Position numbers and translations under genes: made by a program. 37,046 bases of DNA, from positions 1 through 37,046 of the forward strand of contig CAAFQT010000249.1 in the NCBI GenBank assembly GCA_900765185.1. Reading direction: 5' to 3'. The notes beneath the pieces were generated by a model. It did not search any database. It saw only the letters and a list, made by a program, of their open reading frames with translations, and was not told the origin of the DNA. The DNA comes from an uncultured Collinsella sp. (GTDB lineage Bacteria > Actinomycetota > Coriobacteriia > Coriobacteriales > Coriobacteriaceae). Of the stretch, positions 27,848 to 37,045 are shown in pieces; the first letter of the stretch is position 1; each line of letters starts with the position of its first letter.

Positions 27848-28696
27848 ATGGCAGGCCTGTTCAACATCCTTAAGGTCACCGTCAGTGAGGACAAGATCTG
27901 CGCGCACGTGCTGGTGAACCCCGGCATGCCGCTCATGACCTCGGAGGACATCGAGGCCACGGCGCGCGTGTATTACCTGGTGCCGGCGATTGCCAAGCAC
28001 CTGTGCCTGGGTGATTCCGGTCGCGAGTTCCAGGACTGCATGGGCCAGACCGAGCTCTGCCACCTGCTGGAGCACGTGACGGTTGAGCTCATGAACGAGA
28101 CCGGTCTTGCCGGCAGCATTTCGTGCGGCCGCACGCGCGTAAGCGAGCACGACGAGCGCGTCTTTGAGGTTGAGCTTTCGTGCCCCGACGACGCGCTGGC
28201 CATCGGTGCGCTGTCGTCGGCAACCTTTATGATGGACTGGGCGTACCTGCACGCCGACCAGCCTGCCCCCGACGTGGAGGGCACGGTCGCGGGCCTGCGC
28301 AACCTGGTACTGGGCATGCGCGCCGAGGCCGAGGGCAAGGATCCTCACGAGGCCGTCGCCGCTGCGAACGGCGAAGATGCTGCCGAGGACGAGGGCGCTG
28401 ACGAGGGCGATGTGCCGGTCGACGCCGAGCCCGTTGCCGATGCGACCGCCGAGCCCGTTCCCACCGAGCCCGTTCCCGCCGAGCCCCAGGGCGTCCCCAA
28501 CTTTGACGACGAGCCCCAGGTGGCGATTGATACCGAGGGCGCGGTTGCCGAGAACCACGAGGCCTCCGCTGCCGTCTTTGGCGGTGCTGCGACGGTTCCG
28601 GCAGGACCTGCGCATGAGGGCGGCCTGCCGCTCGTGGACGGCGCCGGCGAGGACCCGGGTGCCACGGTGGCCATGCCGGCTATGCCCCAAGAGTAG
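27848..28696 (+). CDS. Stand-alone cyanophycin synthetase N-terminal-like domain with an acidic Pro/Ala-rich tail
   Basis: HLC-x18-HLLEHVTVELM…GRTR resembles the CphA N-domain (C-x19-HxxEH…GRTR); no ATP-grasp or Mur-ligase domains. Confidence 0.65.
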   Translation: MAGLFNILKVTVSEDKICAHVLVNPGMPLMTSEDIEATARVYYLVPAIAKHLCLGDSGREFQDCMGQTELCHLLEHVTVELMNETGLAGSISCGRTRVSEHDERVFEVELSCPDDALAIGALSSATFMMDWAYLHADQPAPDVEGTVAGLRNLVLGMRAEAEGKDPHEAVAAANGEDAAEDEGADEGDVPVDAEPVADATAEPVPTEPVPAEPQGVPNFDDEPQVAIDTEGAVAENHEASAAVFGGAATVPAGPAHEGGLPLVDGAGEDPGATVAMPAMPQE

Positions 28697-28832
28697 GCCT
28701 ACGCGTTTATCACCATCACGTACCTGCGCCTTTGCCGTACGCAGATGAGCGGAGCGGCAAGTGATGCGCTGCGGGTATAATGGACAGCATTCAAACGGTG
28801 GGCACCGACGTGCCTGCAGGAGAGGAATGATC

Positions 28833-29222
28833 ATGGGTAAGACTTTCAGCTTTGTCTCCGGCGCACTTTTTGGTGCCGCTGCCGGCGCTATTGTCGGCGT
28901 TGCTCTGGCCCCGCGCTCGGGCGCCGAGACCCGCGCCATGGCTGCCGATATCGCCAACGACGCCTGGGACAATATGCGCGACACCTACGAGCACAGCGCC
29001 GAGGAGGCCCGTGCTGCGGTGAATGACTTTGGCCCGATGGTCGACGCCAAGACCGATGACCTGCGCGCCAAGGTCGACCTGGCCCGCGAGCGCATGGACC
29101 AGCTGCGCGAGCAGCTCAACGACGCCATTTCGGGCGGCAACGTGACGCCTGCCGCCGACGTCGTGGTCGAGAACGCCGTCGAGGCTGATACCGAGGCTGC
29201 GGAGCCCTCGACCGAGGCATAA
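28833..29222 (+). CDS. YtxH-domain protein (alternative start 28827)
   Basis: FVSGALFGAAAGAIVGVALAPRSGAETR motif followed by a helical region; TATAAT at 28776-28781. Confidence 0.85.
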   Translation: MGKTFSFVSGALFGAAAGAIVGVALAPRSGAETRAMAADIANDAWDNMRDTYEHSAEEARAAVNDFGPMVDAKTDDLRAKVDLARERMDQLREQLNDAISGGNVTPAADVVVENAVEADTEAAEPSTEA

Positions 29223-29977
29223 TGCGCGCCGGGGATTTTGTCGGCGCCAAGATCTATCGCAAGCCTACCGAGGACAAGCGCACCAAAAAGGACGGCACGC
29301 CGCGCAGCCCTAAAAAGCTTGGAAAGATTCACTTTCCGGTCTTTACTCCGGGCGGTACGCGCGTGGTCGGCTTTATGGTCCGCCAGTCCGATATCGCGGG
29401 CATGATCGAGCGCCCCGACCGATTCGTAGCGCTCGACGCCATTGGTGTCTACGAGGGCGCCATTGCGGTCGATGACGTCAAGGACACGTACGATGCCGCC
29501 GCTGCCAAGCGCCTCGACATCAACCTGGACGATTGCATCATCTGGGTCGGTATGGACGTGCGCACGGAATCAGGCGACGTCGTGGGCTATTGCTCGGACG
29601 TTGAGTTCAAGCCACGCTCGGGCATCGTGCAGGCATTCTATGTGACCGCCGGTGCTGCTTCGAGTGTTTTGGTTGGTGACACGCAGGTGCCGCCGACGAT
29701 GCTGCGCGGCTATGCGGACGGCGCGATGATTGTTTCGGACGAGGTCAAGTCGCTCGGGTATTCGGGCGGCGCCGCCGCAAAGGCTGCCGAGGCAAGCGTC
29801 GTGGTGGGCGATAAGGTCAAGAAGGGCGCCAAGGTGCTCGATGACAAGGGATCGGTTGCCGTGGACAAAGGCAGTCGCGCACTGGGCAAGCAGCTCGGCA
29901 AGACGCGCGGCATGTTCAAGGCCTTTAAGGACGAATACCAAAAGGCGAGCGGAGGCTCGTCAAAAGCTACAAAATAG
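29222..29977 (+). CDS. PRC-barrel domain protein
   Basis: Two PRC-like segments (KLGKIH…RVVGFMV; VGMDVRTESGDVVGYCSDVEF…GIVQAFYV); TAATG coupling to the ytxH-like gene. Confidence 0.75.
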   Translation: MRAGDFVGAKIYRKPTEDKRTKKDGTPRSPKKLGKIHFPVFTPGGTRVVGFMVRQSDIAGMIERPDRFVALDAIGVYEGAIAVDDVKDTYDAAAAKRLDINLDDCIIWVGMDVRTESGDVVGYCSDVEFKPRSGIVQAFYVTAGAASSVLVGDTQVPPTMLRGYADGAMIVSDEVKSLGYSGGAAAKAAEASVVVGDKVKKGAKVLDDKGSVAVDKGSRALGKQLGKTRGMFKAFKDEYQKASGGSSKATK

Positions 29978-29998
29978 CGACGTACCAAATGATGGGAG

Positions 29999-30036
29999 GC
30001 AAGCCGGAGACCTGTTGCTCCGGCTTGCTGTGTTTA
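29999..30036 (+). terminator. Probable terminator hairpin
   Basis: gcaagccggag…ctccggcttgc followed by tgtgttt. Confidence 0.55.
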
Positions 30037-30049
30037 TGGGGGAGGGCAC

Positions 30050-31456
30050 ATGCGCCAAAACGGATCCAACTTAAACGGGCGTTCGGGTGCGCGTCCGACG
30101 GCGCGCCGCGACCTGGGGCAGCTGCCCAGCGGTCAGCGCAAGCGTCACCGTAAGCCCGGCGCGATGTATCTCAACCATAGCCGCGGCTTTAGCGACCGCA
30201 GCGCTCGCATCGGCAACAGCCGTACGCCCCGTCGTTCGTCTCGCTTGCCCTATGCGCTCATTGCCGTGGGTTGCGCACTCGTGCTGTTTATCGCTGCCGT
30301 CGTGGGCTACGTCAACCGCAGTGTGGACGTGGAGCTCAACGGCCAGAAGACCGCGGTGCGTGTGGGCTCTACGCTGCAGAATCTCATCGACGACCAGGAG
30401 TTGACTGACACCTACGACGCAGGCGACCTGCTGGCCGTCGATGACAGCGTGCTCAAGCGCCATGGGGGCGAAAAGCTGTCGGTGAAGGTCGACGGCAAGC
30501 GCGTGAAGCAGGGCAAATGGGATAGCCGCGAACTTGAGGGCGGCGAGAAGGTGACGGTCAAGGATGGCCGTAACATCTACGAGAAGCACGAGGTTCAGGC
30601 TACGGTTATCGAGCCCAAGCTCAAGGTCGAGGGTACGGGCGCTATCGAGTATGTGCAGACGTGGGGTGTCCAGGGCCGCTCCGAGGTGTGGGTTGGTGAG
30701 CAGTCGGGCAAGACGCAAGACCGCGGCGAGGTTGTGCCCGCCACCGATTGCGTCGTTGCGTGCGCCAGCGTGGCGCCCAAGGGCAACAAAAAGTACGTGG
30801 CGCTGACGTTTGACGAGGGTCCGAGCGGCGCCACCAAGCAGATCTTGCAGGTGCTCAAGGAAAAGGGCGTCACCGCGACGTTCTTCCTTTCGGGCGATGC
30901 GGCCGAGGCCTCGCCTGCCACGGCCAAGGCGATTGTCGATGCCGGGTGCGAGATCGGATCCAACAGCTACAGCGATGATTCGCTCAAGGGTCAGGACCGT
31001 GAGGCGGTACGCGAACAGATCACGAAAGGCACCGATGCGATTAAGTCGGCGACCGGCGTGAAGACGATGCTGCTGCGTGCTCCCTACGCTGCCTTTGACG
31101 AGCAAAACTGGATTGATGCGATGGACCTGGTCTCCGCCGTGGTCTCGTGGAATATTGACTCGGGCGACTGGCTGCTCAACGGTGCCGACGAGCAGGTCTC
31201 GACGGTGCTCGATTCGGTGACGCCGGGCAATATCGTGCTGCTCACCGATAGAGACGAATGCGCCGAGCAGACGCTCGAGGCGCTGCCGCAGATTATCGAC
31301 GGCCTCATTGCCGACGGCTACAAGATCGTGACGCTCAGCGACCTGGTCAAGACGGACACGTCGCTGAGCAAAAAGCTCACCTCGCTGACGAAGGCCACCA
31401 TGCCCAAGGACGCCGTGTTCCCCCAACTTGTCGAGGACGACGACACCACAGAGTAG
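30050..31456 (+). CDS. Membrane-anchored NodB/CE4 polysaccharide deacetylase homolog with degenerate catalytic motifs
   Basis: Basic N-terminus, one TM, beta-rich spacer, then a CE4 domain (VALTFDEGP, ATFF, IGSNSYSD, LRAPYA, WNIDSGDW, IVLLTD, LEALPQII…GYKIVTLSDL). Confidence 0.85.
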   Translation: MRQNGSNLNGRSGARPTARRDLGQLPSGQRKRHRKPGAMYLNHSRGFSDRSARIGNSRTPRRSSRLPYALIAVGCALVLFIAAVVGYVNRSVDVELNGQKTAVRVGSTLQNLIDDQELTDTYDAGDLLAVDDSVLKRHGGEKLSVKVDGKRVKQGKWDSRELEGGEKVTVKDGRNIYEKHEVQATVIEPKLKVEGTGAIEYVQTWGVQGRSEVWVGEQSGKTQDRGEVVPATDCVVACASVAPKGNKKYVALTFDEGPSGATKQILQVLKEKGVTATFFLSGDAAEASPATAKAIVDAGCEIGSNSYSDDSLKGQDREAVREQITKGTDAIKSATGVKTMLLRAPYAAFDEQNWIDAMDLVSAVVSWNIDSGDWLLNGADEQVSTVLDSVTPGNIVLLTDRDECAEQTLEALPQIIDGLIADGYKIVTLSDLVKTDTSLSKKLTSLTKATMPKDAVFPQLVEDDDTTE

Positions 31457-31493
31457 TCATTGGGTAGTCATTTAAGAACGTCCCCAATGACTA
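31454..31493. repeat. REP-like cluster 3 (half copy plus one 29-nt hairpin)
   Basis: tagtcattggg (31454-31464, beginning at the gene's TAG stop), then tagtcatt-taagaacgtcccc-aatgacta (31465-31493). Confidence 0.85.
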
Positions 31494-31567
31494 TGTCACG
31501 GATGCGTCAGCGTTTGGTATGCCTGCAATGTGCAGCGCATAAATTCGATGCCGCAGGGCGATGCTGA

Positions 31568-31784
31568 TGCTATAGTTACTGCGGTTAATGAGGGTCAAGA
31601 GAAAGGTTACAGGTGAAATCCAAACCTCGACCATACAGTCGATGACCCCATGCAGGTGCTTTCTGCGCATGCACGGGGTGTAAGCGTCGAGCGGCGTGCC
31701 GCCCGCGCATGCGTATACATATCCAGAAGCCCCCGGACGCCGCACGCGCGGCCGCGTCCGGAGGAATAATGATGGGGAGCACCA
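31568..31784 (+). promoter_or_regulatory. Extended -10 promoter and ~200-nt structured 5' leader (candidate cis-regulatory RNA)
   Basis: TGcTATAGT at 31568-31576; several mutually exclusive stems lie between it and the TTG start at 31785. Confidence 0.45.
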
Positions 31785-33629
31785 TTGAATTATCTGAGTG
31801 AGATGCTCAAATTGCCGGTCTTGGACGTCGACGGCGAAAAGCTCGGCGTTGTGAACGATTTTGGCATTGCTACCGGCGAAGTCTTTCCGCACGTGACGTC
31901 GCTCGCGTTCCGCGGACCCGGCAAGACGCCGTTTATGATCAGCTGGCGCAAATGGGTCGACCGTATCGACGAGACGGGCGTACACCTTAAGTCGCCGGCC
32001 ACCGAAATCCGTTTTTCGTACCTGCAGCCGACCGAGCTCCTGCTTGCCCGCGACGTGCTCAACAAGCAGATTGTCGACACGCAGGGCATGAAGGTCGTGC
32101 GCGTCAACGACATCAAGTTTTCCATGTCGGGCGAAAATCAGCTGCGCCTGCTGGGCGCCGAGGTCGGTGCCCGCGGTCTGCTACGCGCCATCAGCCCCGC
32201 GCTCGAGCATATCGTCGAAGGCTTTATGAAGCACCTGGGCAAGCCGCTCAGTGAGGACATCATCGCTTGGTCCTACATGGACCTGCTCGACCGCTCGACC
32301 AAGAACATTCAACTCTCGGTGTCGCACAAGACGCTCGGCGAGCTGCACCCTGCCGACATCGCCGACATTATCGAGCAGCTCGACCCGCGCCTACGTGCGC
32401 AGGTGTTTGCGCAGCTCGATACTGCCCAGGCCGCCGAGGCCATCTCGGAGTTCGATGACGACGAGCTCATGACCGAGATGCTCGAGGGCCTGTCCGATAC
32501 CGACGCATCGTCGATGCTGGCCATGATGGACCCGGACGACGCTGCCGACCTGATCGACGAGCTCGATTATGAGAAGGCCGAGAAGCTTCTGCGCCTAATG
32601 GGCGTCAAGGAGGAGAAGGCGATTCGTAATCTGCTAGGCTACGAGGACAACACCGCCGGCCGCATCATGACCTCGGAGTTTGTCTCGCTGCCCGCCACGG
32701 CGACGGTCGGCGATGCCATCGAGGCGATTCGCAAGCTCGACGAGGACTTTGAGAGCGTCTACTACGTCTATACCGAGGATCCGAGCGGCATGCTGACGGG
32801 CGTGCTTTCGCTGCGCACGCTGATCGTGGCCGACCGCGACGCCACGCTGGGCCAGCTCGCCTATCGCGATCTGGTCTACGTGTCGCCCGACGAGGACCAG
32901 GAAGACGTAACGGACGAGATGACCAAGTACGACCTGGTTGCCATCCCTGTCTGTGACGAGAACCGTCATATCCTGGGTATCGTGACCTTCGACGACGCCA
33001 TGGACGTTATCGCCGAGGAGCATCAGGAGGACCTGCAGATCGCCGGTGTCGGCTCGGGCGATAGCGCGTCGGACGACTCGACGAACGTGCTCAGCTGGTT
33101 CGTGCATCGTCAGTACTGGGTCGTCGTGTGGGGCATCGCCTCGTGCATTATGGCGACCGTGCTGGGGACGGCGCTGGGCATGGCGCACCTGGTGGTGTTT
33201 CCCATGTGCGCCATGCCGCTGGTGCTGCTGGCTGCCTCGCGCATGGTGTCGTTCGTTAAGAATTACTTCTTGGAGTACGACGGCCACGACGATGAGCCCA
33301 AGCCGTACCTGGGATTCTTCTTCCAGAGCACGGGCATGGGCCTGATTCTGTCGCTCGTGACCTACCTGTGCGCGCAGCTGGTGCGCACCGCCGCGTTCCC
33401 CGATGCCACCATGTTTGAGGAGCAGCTCTTTACCGGCTGCTTTAACATCGCGGCCATCATTTGTCTGATCGGCAACATGAGCGCCGTGATTTACCTGATG
33501 GTGCTGTTCTGGCGCGATGAGCACGACCTCAATACGTCGGGTACTGCCATGAACGTCATCGCCGTCATGATCTCGTGTGTGGCGTACTGCATCGCTGCGG
33601 TGCTGCTCACCATGTCGGTCATGGGGTAG
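31785..33629 (+). CDS. MgtE-like protein: PRC-barrels, MgtE_N, CBS pair and a divergent TM domain
   Basis: LNKQIVDTQGMKVVRVND (PRC), LHPADIADIIEQL (MgtE_N), LLGYEDNTAGRIMTSEF, KYDLVAIPV…LGIVTFDDAMDVI (CBS), about 5 C-terminal TMs; TTG start with SD GGGGAG. Confidence 0.85.
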   Translation: MNYLSEMLKLPVLDVDGEKLGVVNDFGIATGEVFPHVTSLAFRGPGKTPFMISWRKWVDRIDETGVHLKSPATEIRFSYLQPTELLLARDVLNKQIVDTQGMKVVRVNDIKFSMSGENQLRLLGAEVGARGLLRAISPALEHIVEGFMKHLGKPLSEDIIAWSYMDLLDRSTKNIQLSVSHKTLGELHPADIADIIEQLDPRLRAQVFAQLDTAQAAEAISEFDDDELMTEMLEGLSDTDASSMLAMMDPDDAADLIDELDYEKAEKLLRLMGVKEEKAIRNLLGYEDNTAGRIMTSEFVSLPATATVGDAIEAIRKLDEDFESVYYVYTEDPSGMLTGVLSLRTLIVADRDATLGQLAYRDLVYVSPDEDQEDVTDEMTKYDLVAIPVCDENRHILGIVTFDDAMDVIAEEHQEDLQIAGVGSGDSASDDSTNVLSWFVHRQYWVVVWGIASCIMATVLGTALGMAHLVVFPMCAMPLVLLAASRMVSFVKNYFLEYDGHDDEPKPYLGFFFQSTGMGLILSLVTYLCAQLVRTAAFPDATMFEEQLFTGCFNIAAIICLIGNMSAVIYLMVLFWRDEHDLNTSGTAMNVIAVMISCVAYCIAAVLLTMSVMG

Positions 33630-33637
33630 GTGGTCGC

Positions 33638-34900
33638 GTGCAAAATACGAAGCAAAAGCCGAGCACCAAGCAAAAGCTGACCATCGCCGCCATCTTTGGC
33701 GCCATGGGCCCCGGTCTGCTGGCGGCACTTTCGGGCAATGACGCCGGCGGCATCGCCACGTATTCCAGCGCGGGCGCCAGCTATGGCTATAAGATGCTCT
33801 GGATGCTTCCCGTCATGACTGTGCTGCTCATCGTGACGCAGGAGACCGCGGCGCGCTGCGGCTGCGTCACGGGCAAGGGCCTGGCATCGCTCATTCGCGA
33901 GCGCTTTGGCGTGCGCAAGAGTGTACTTGCTATGGCGGCGCTGTTGATCGCCAACACGGCTGTGACCATTTCGGAGTTCGCGGGCATCGCCAGCGGCCTT
34001 GCTCTCTTTGGCGTGCCGGCGAGCATCTCGGTGCCGTTGGTAGCGCTGCTGGTGTGGATGCTTACCATGTCGGGTAGTTTCCAGCGCATCGAGAAGATTC
34101 TGCTGCTGGTGAGCTGCGTGTTCGTGACCTATATTGTCGCCGCGTTTATGGCTGGCCCCAACTGGGGTGAGGTCGCGGTCGACCTGGTCGTGCCTAACAT
34201 TCAAAATGACCCCAGCTACGTGTCGCTCGTGGTCGCAACGATCGGTACCACCATCGCGCCGTGGATGATTTTCTTGGCGCAGAACAACGTGGTCGACAAG
34301 AACGCGGGCGAGGACGATATCGTACTGCAGCGCATCGATACCGTGAGCGGCTCGCTTGCCGCCGATGTCATTGCCGGCTTTATTATCATCACGACCGGTA
34401 CGGTGTTGTTCCCGGCGGGTATTCAGATCAGCGATGCTGCCGATGCTGCCCGTGCGCTGGAGCCTATTGCGGGTCAGTGGTCCACGGTACTGTTTGCCTC
34501 GGGCCTGGTCGCGGCGAGCTTCTTGGCTGCCTGCGTGCTGCCGGGCGTTACGTCGAGCGCTATCTGCGAGGCATTTGGCTGGGAGCGCGGTGCCGACCGC
34601 AGCTGGGACGAGGCCCCGGTCTATCGCGGCATCATTACGGCCATCATCGGTATCTCTGCCGTGCTGGTGCTTATGCCCGGCGTCGATCTGTTCCAGATTA
34701 TGATGACCTCGCAGGTCATCAATGGCGTGCTACTGCCCGTGGTTCTGGTGTTCCAGGTGGTTATTGCCGCTGACCGTCACATTATGGGCACTAACCGCAA
34801 CGGCCGCGTGTGGAATGTGCTCACTTGGGCGACTATCGCCGTGATTACGGTGCTGACGGTCGTCATGTTTGTGCTGCAAGCGATGGGCTACAGCGCTTAA
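33638..34900 (+). CDS. Nramp/SLC11-family transporter, NRMT-like (Mg2+-type) subgroup
   Basis: GPGLLAALSGNDAGGIATYSSAGA (TM1) and IGTTIAPWM (TM6) replace the MntH DPGN / MPH motifs; GTG start at 33638. Confidence 0.88.
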   Translation: MQNTKQKPSTKQKLTIAAIFGAMGPGLLAALSGNDAGGIATYSSAGASYGYKMLWMLPVMTVLLIVTQETAARCGCVTGKGLASLIRERFGVRKSVLAMAALLIANTAVTISEFAGIASGLALFGVPASISVPLVALLVWMLTMSGSFQRIEKILLLVSCVFVTYIVAAFMAGPNWGEVAVDLVVPNIQNDPSYVSLVVATIGTTIAPWMIFLAQNNVVDKNAGEDDIVLQRIDTVSGSLAADVIAGFIIITTGTVLFPAGIQISDAADAARALEPIAGQWSTVLFASGLVAASFLAACVLPGVTSSAICEAFGWERGADRSWDEAPVYRGIITAIIGISAVLVLMPGVDLFQIMMTSQVINGVLLPVVLVFQVVIAADRHIMGTNRNGRVWNVLTWATIAVITVLTVVMFVLQAMGYSA

Positions 34901-34918
34901 CGCCCACTTTTGTTTCCG

Positions 34919-34954
34919 AACAGGCCGCAGCGATGGGCTGCGGCCTGTTTTTTT
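34919..34954 (+). terminator. Intrinsic terminator after the Nramp gene
   Basis: aacaggccgcagc-gatgg-gctgcggcctgtt followed by a T-tract. Confidence 0.8.
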
Positions 34955-35011
34955 GTCTGCGACCTCTTGGGGTCGGCTCTAAAAGAGTGATTTTGGGTTG
35001 TTTGCTGCAGG

Positions 35012-37045
35012 TTACTTGTCGGTGCCCAGCTTGTGCGGCTTGAGAGCGAGCGCATTGACGAGCGCGTCGGTGGCAGACTTGACGGCTGCCGGCTGCGGAT
35101 CGTTGACGTGATCCTCGGGATGCACGGGCAGGTCCTTCTTGACTGCATCGTGGATCAAGTTGAGGTACTCAGTCACGCCAGTGGTCGACAGGTGCGTGCC
35201 ATCGCCATCGAACAGGTCGTTGCGGTTGGCACTGTATCCGTACCAGTCGATAACGCGCACGTTCTTGTAGCGCGTAGCAGCGTTGGCGATGGCCTGGTTG
35301 GTAGAGCCAACCCACGGCTGCGGGCTGCGCGTGTTCACAAACACCACAATACGCTTATCTCCTGCATCGGTCATGATGGCGTCGATCTGGTCGTCGGTTA
35401 CCAAGCCGTTGGTGCCCAGTGCAAAGACCACGATCTTGCCGGCAAGGTTCTGTTGGAGATAGCCCTCAAATGTCGCGCGGCCCGCATCAAACTGGCGGCC
35501 CTTTTCGGCATCGATGTGACTGTGGGGGAACACGCCGTCAAAGGAATCAACGGCGCGCAGCGACACGGAGTCACCGATCATCAACAGGTCGTAGGAGCCA
35601 TCGGGGAAGCCGTCGTTGTCCTTGTCGGTGTCGTCGGCCGCCTGCTGGTCGGTGGGCGCGGTGTTTTTGGCTTCCTTGTTGAGGACTTCGGCGCCCTCAC
35701 CGCTCAGCGCGGAGGTCTCCGGCACAAAGATCAGGCCGCCCAGCGCGATAACAAGCACGATGCCGCAAGTGGCGCACACGGGAATATGCGCGCGCACCCA
35801 GTTGGCGGGCGTGGTGGTGCCGTCGCGGAACTCGGATACGGTGCGCCCAAAGGCGCCCTTTCTAAACGGCGTCTCAATAAAGCGATATGAACATTCGGCT
35901 ACGGCGACCACCAACAACACCTGCAAAATGTACTGCCACCACGGCGTATCGTTGATGTTGGCGACCGGGTTCATGAGCAACAGTAGCGGATAGTGCCACA
36001 GGTAGATGCTGTACGAGCGCTTGCCAACCCACACGAGCGGCTCGGCGGACAGTGCGCGGGCAACCATTCCCTGGGGCTGCACGCAGGCCGCGATGACCAT
36101 GAGCGTGAGGATGGAGCATAGCAGCGTGCCGCCGCGATACTGGAACGCGGTGTAGCCGTTGGTGAGCGCGACCATGGCGGCAAGGCCAACCAGACCCACG
36201 ACGCCCAGCACATCGATGGATGCGGGCGAGGACCAAAAGCGCACGAGGGCGCTCGGCTGTGCCGGGACGGTCTCGGCTGCGCCGTCGGTCGTAGCGTCAT
36301 GCTTGCCCTCGGCGTTCTTGCCGTGCTTGGCGGCGCCAGCCAGGCGATTGAGCCCCAAACGACGAGCGAGACGCACCGGCGCCAGGTCGCGATCGGGGAT
36401 AAAGGCCATCCAGGCGCCCAGCAGCAGCGAGAACACGCGGGTGTCGGTGCCGTAGTACACGCGGCTGGGGTCGGCGGCGGGGTTATAGAGCAGCATCATG
36501 GCGATGGCGGAGACAGCAGCCAGGCCCAGAACCATGCGGCGCGTGTTGGGCTTGCTCATGTGCATGGATACCATAGCGAGCAGCAGCGGGGGCCAAACCA
36601 GGTAGAACTGTTCCTCGATGGCGAGCGACCAAAAGTGCGTAAGCGGCGAGGGGTCGCCCAGGGCGTTGAAGTACGAGACGTTTTGGGCAATCTGCCACCA
36701 GTTGTTAAAGAACAGCAGCGACGGCAGAACGTCGGGACGCATCTTGGTGAGCATCACGTGGTTAAAGATGGTGCACAGCGCACAGGTTACAACCACAACG
36801 GTCACCACGGCGGGGACCAGGCGACGGATGCGGCGGATCCAGAAGCTCTTGAGGTCGATGCGGCCGGTCTTAGCGACTTCGTTGAGTAGCAGGCGTGTGA
36901 TCAGATAGCCCGAAAGCACAAAGAAGATCGTGACGCCAAGCAGGCCGCCCTGAGCCCACGTGAGGTTGAGGTGATAGAGCACCACTGCGACGACGGCAAG
37001 CGTGCGCAGGCCGTCAAGGGCAGGGATGTAGCGGGACTTGGGGCG
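35012..37045 (-). CDS. oatA: OatA-like O-acetyltransferase (acyltransferase-3 + SGNH), 5'-partial; the start lies beyond the window edge
   Basis: The frame stays open to the window end (RYIPALDGLRTLAV…YH); GVTIFFVLSGYLIT, FWIRRIRRL, HFWSLAIEEQFY, SYSIYLWHYP; SGNH motifs GDSV, GTNG and DGTHL intact. Confidence 0.88.
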   Translation of the reverse strand, partial: RPKSRYIPALDGLRTLAVVAVVLYHLNLTWAQGGLLGVTIFFVLSGYLITRLLLNEVAKTGRIDLKSFWIRRIRRLVPAVVTVVVVTCALCTIFNHVMLTKMRPDVLPSLLFFNNWWQIAQNVSYFNALGDPSPLTHFWSLAIEEQFYLVWPPLLLAMVSMHMSKPNTRRMVLGLAAVSAIAMMLLYNPAADPSRVYYGTDTRVFSLLLGAWMAFIPDRDLAPVRLARRLGLNRLAGAAKHGKNAEGKHDATTDGAAETVPAQPSALVRFWSSPASIDVLGVVGLVGLAAMVALTNGYTAFQYRGGTLLCSILTLMVIAACVQPQGMVARALSAEPLVWVGKRSYSIYLWHYPLLLLMNPVANINDTPWWQYILQVLLVVAVAECSYRFIETPFRKGAFGRTVSEFRDGTTTPANWVRAHIPVCATCGIVLVIALGGLIFVPETSALSGEGAEVLNKEAKNTAPTDQQAADDTDKDNDGFPDGSYDLLMIGDSVSLRAVDSFDGVFPHSHIDAEKGRQFDAGRATFEGYLQQNLAGKIVVFALGTNGLVTDDQIDAIMTDAGDKRIVVFVNTRSPQPWVGSTNQAIANAATRYKNVRVIDWYGYSANRNDLFDGDGTHLSTTGVTEYLNLIHDAVKKDLPVHPEDHVNDPQPAAVKSATDALVNALALKPHKLGTDK

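Noticed and set aside
31583..31784. T-box, SAM, glycine or yybP-ykoY riboswitch
   Set aside because: The diagnostic sequences (TGGNACC antiterminator bulge, SAM-I core, GGAGAG…CTCAGG, GGGGAGTAG…GAGACC) are not found by eye; kept only as an unassigned candidate leader.
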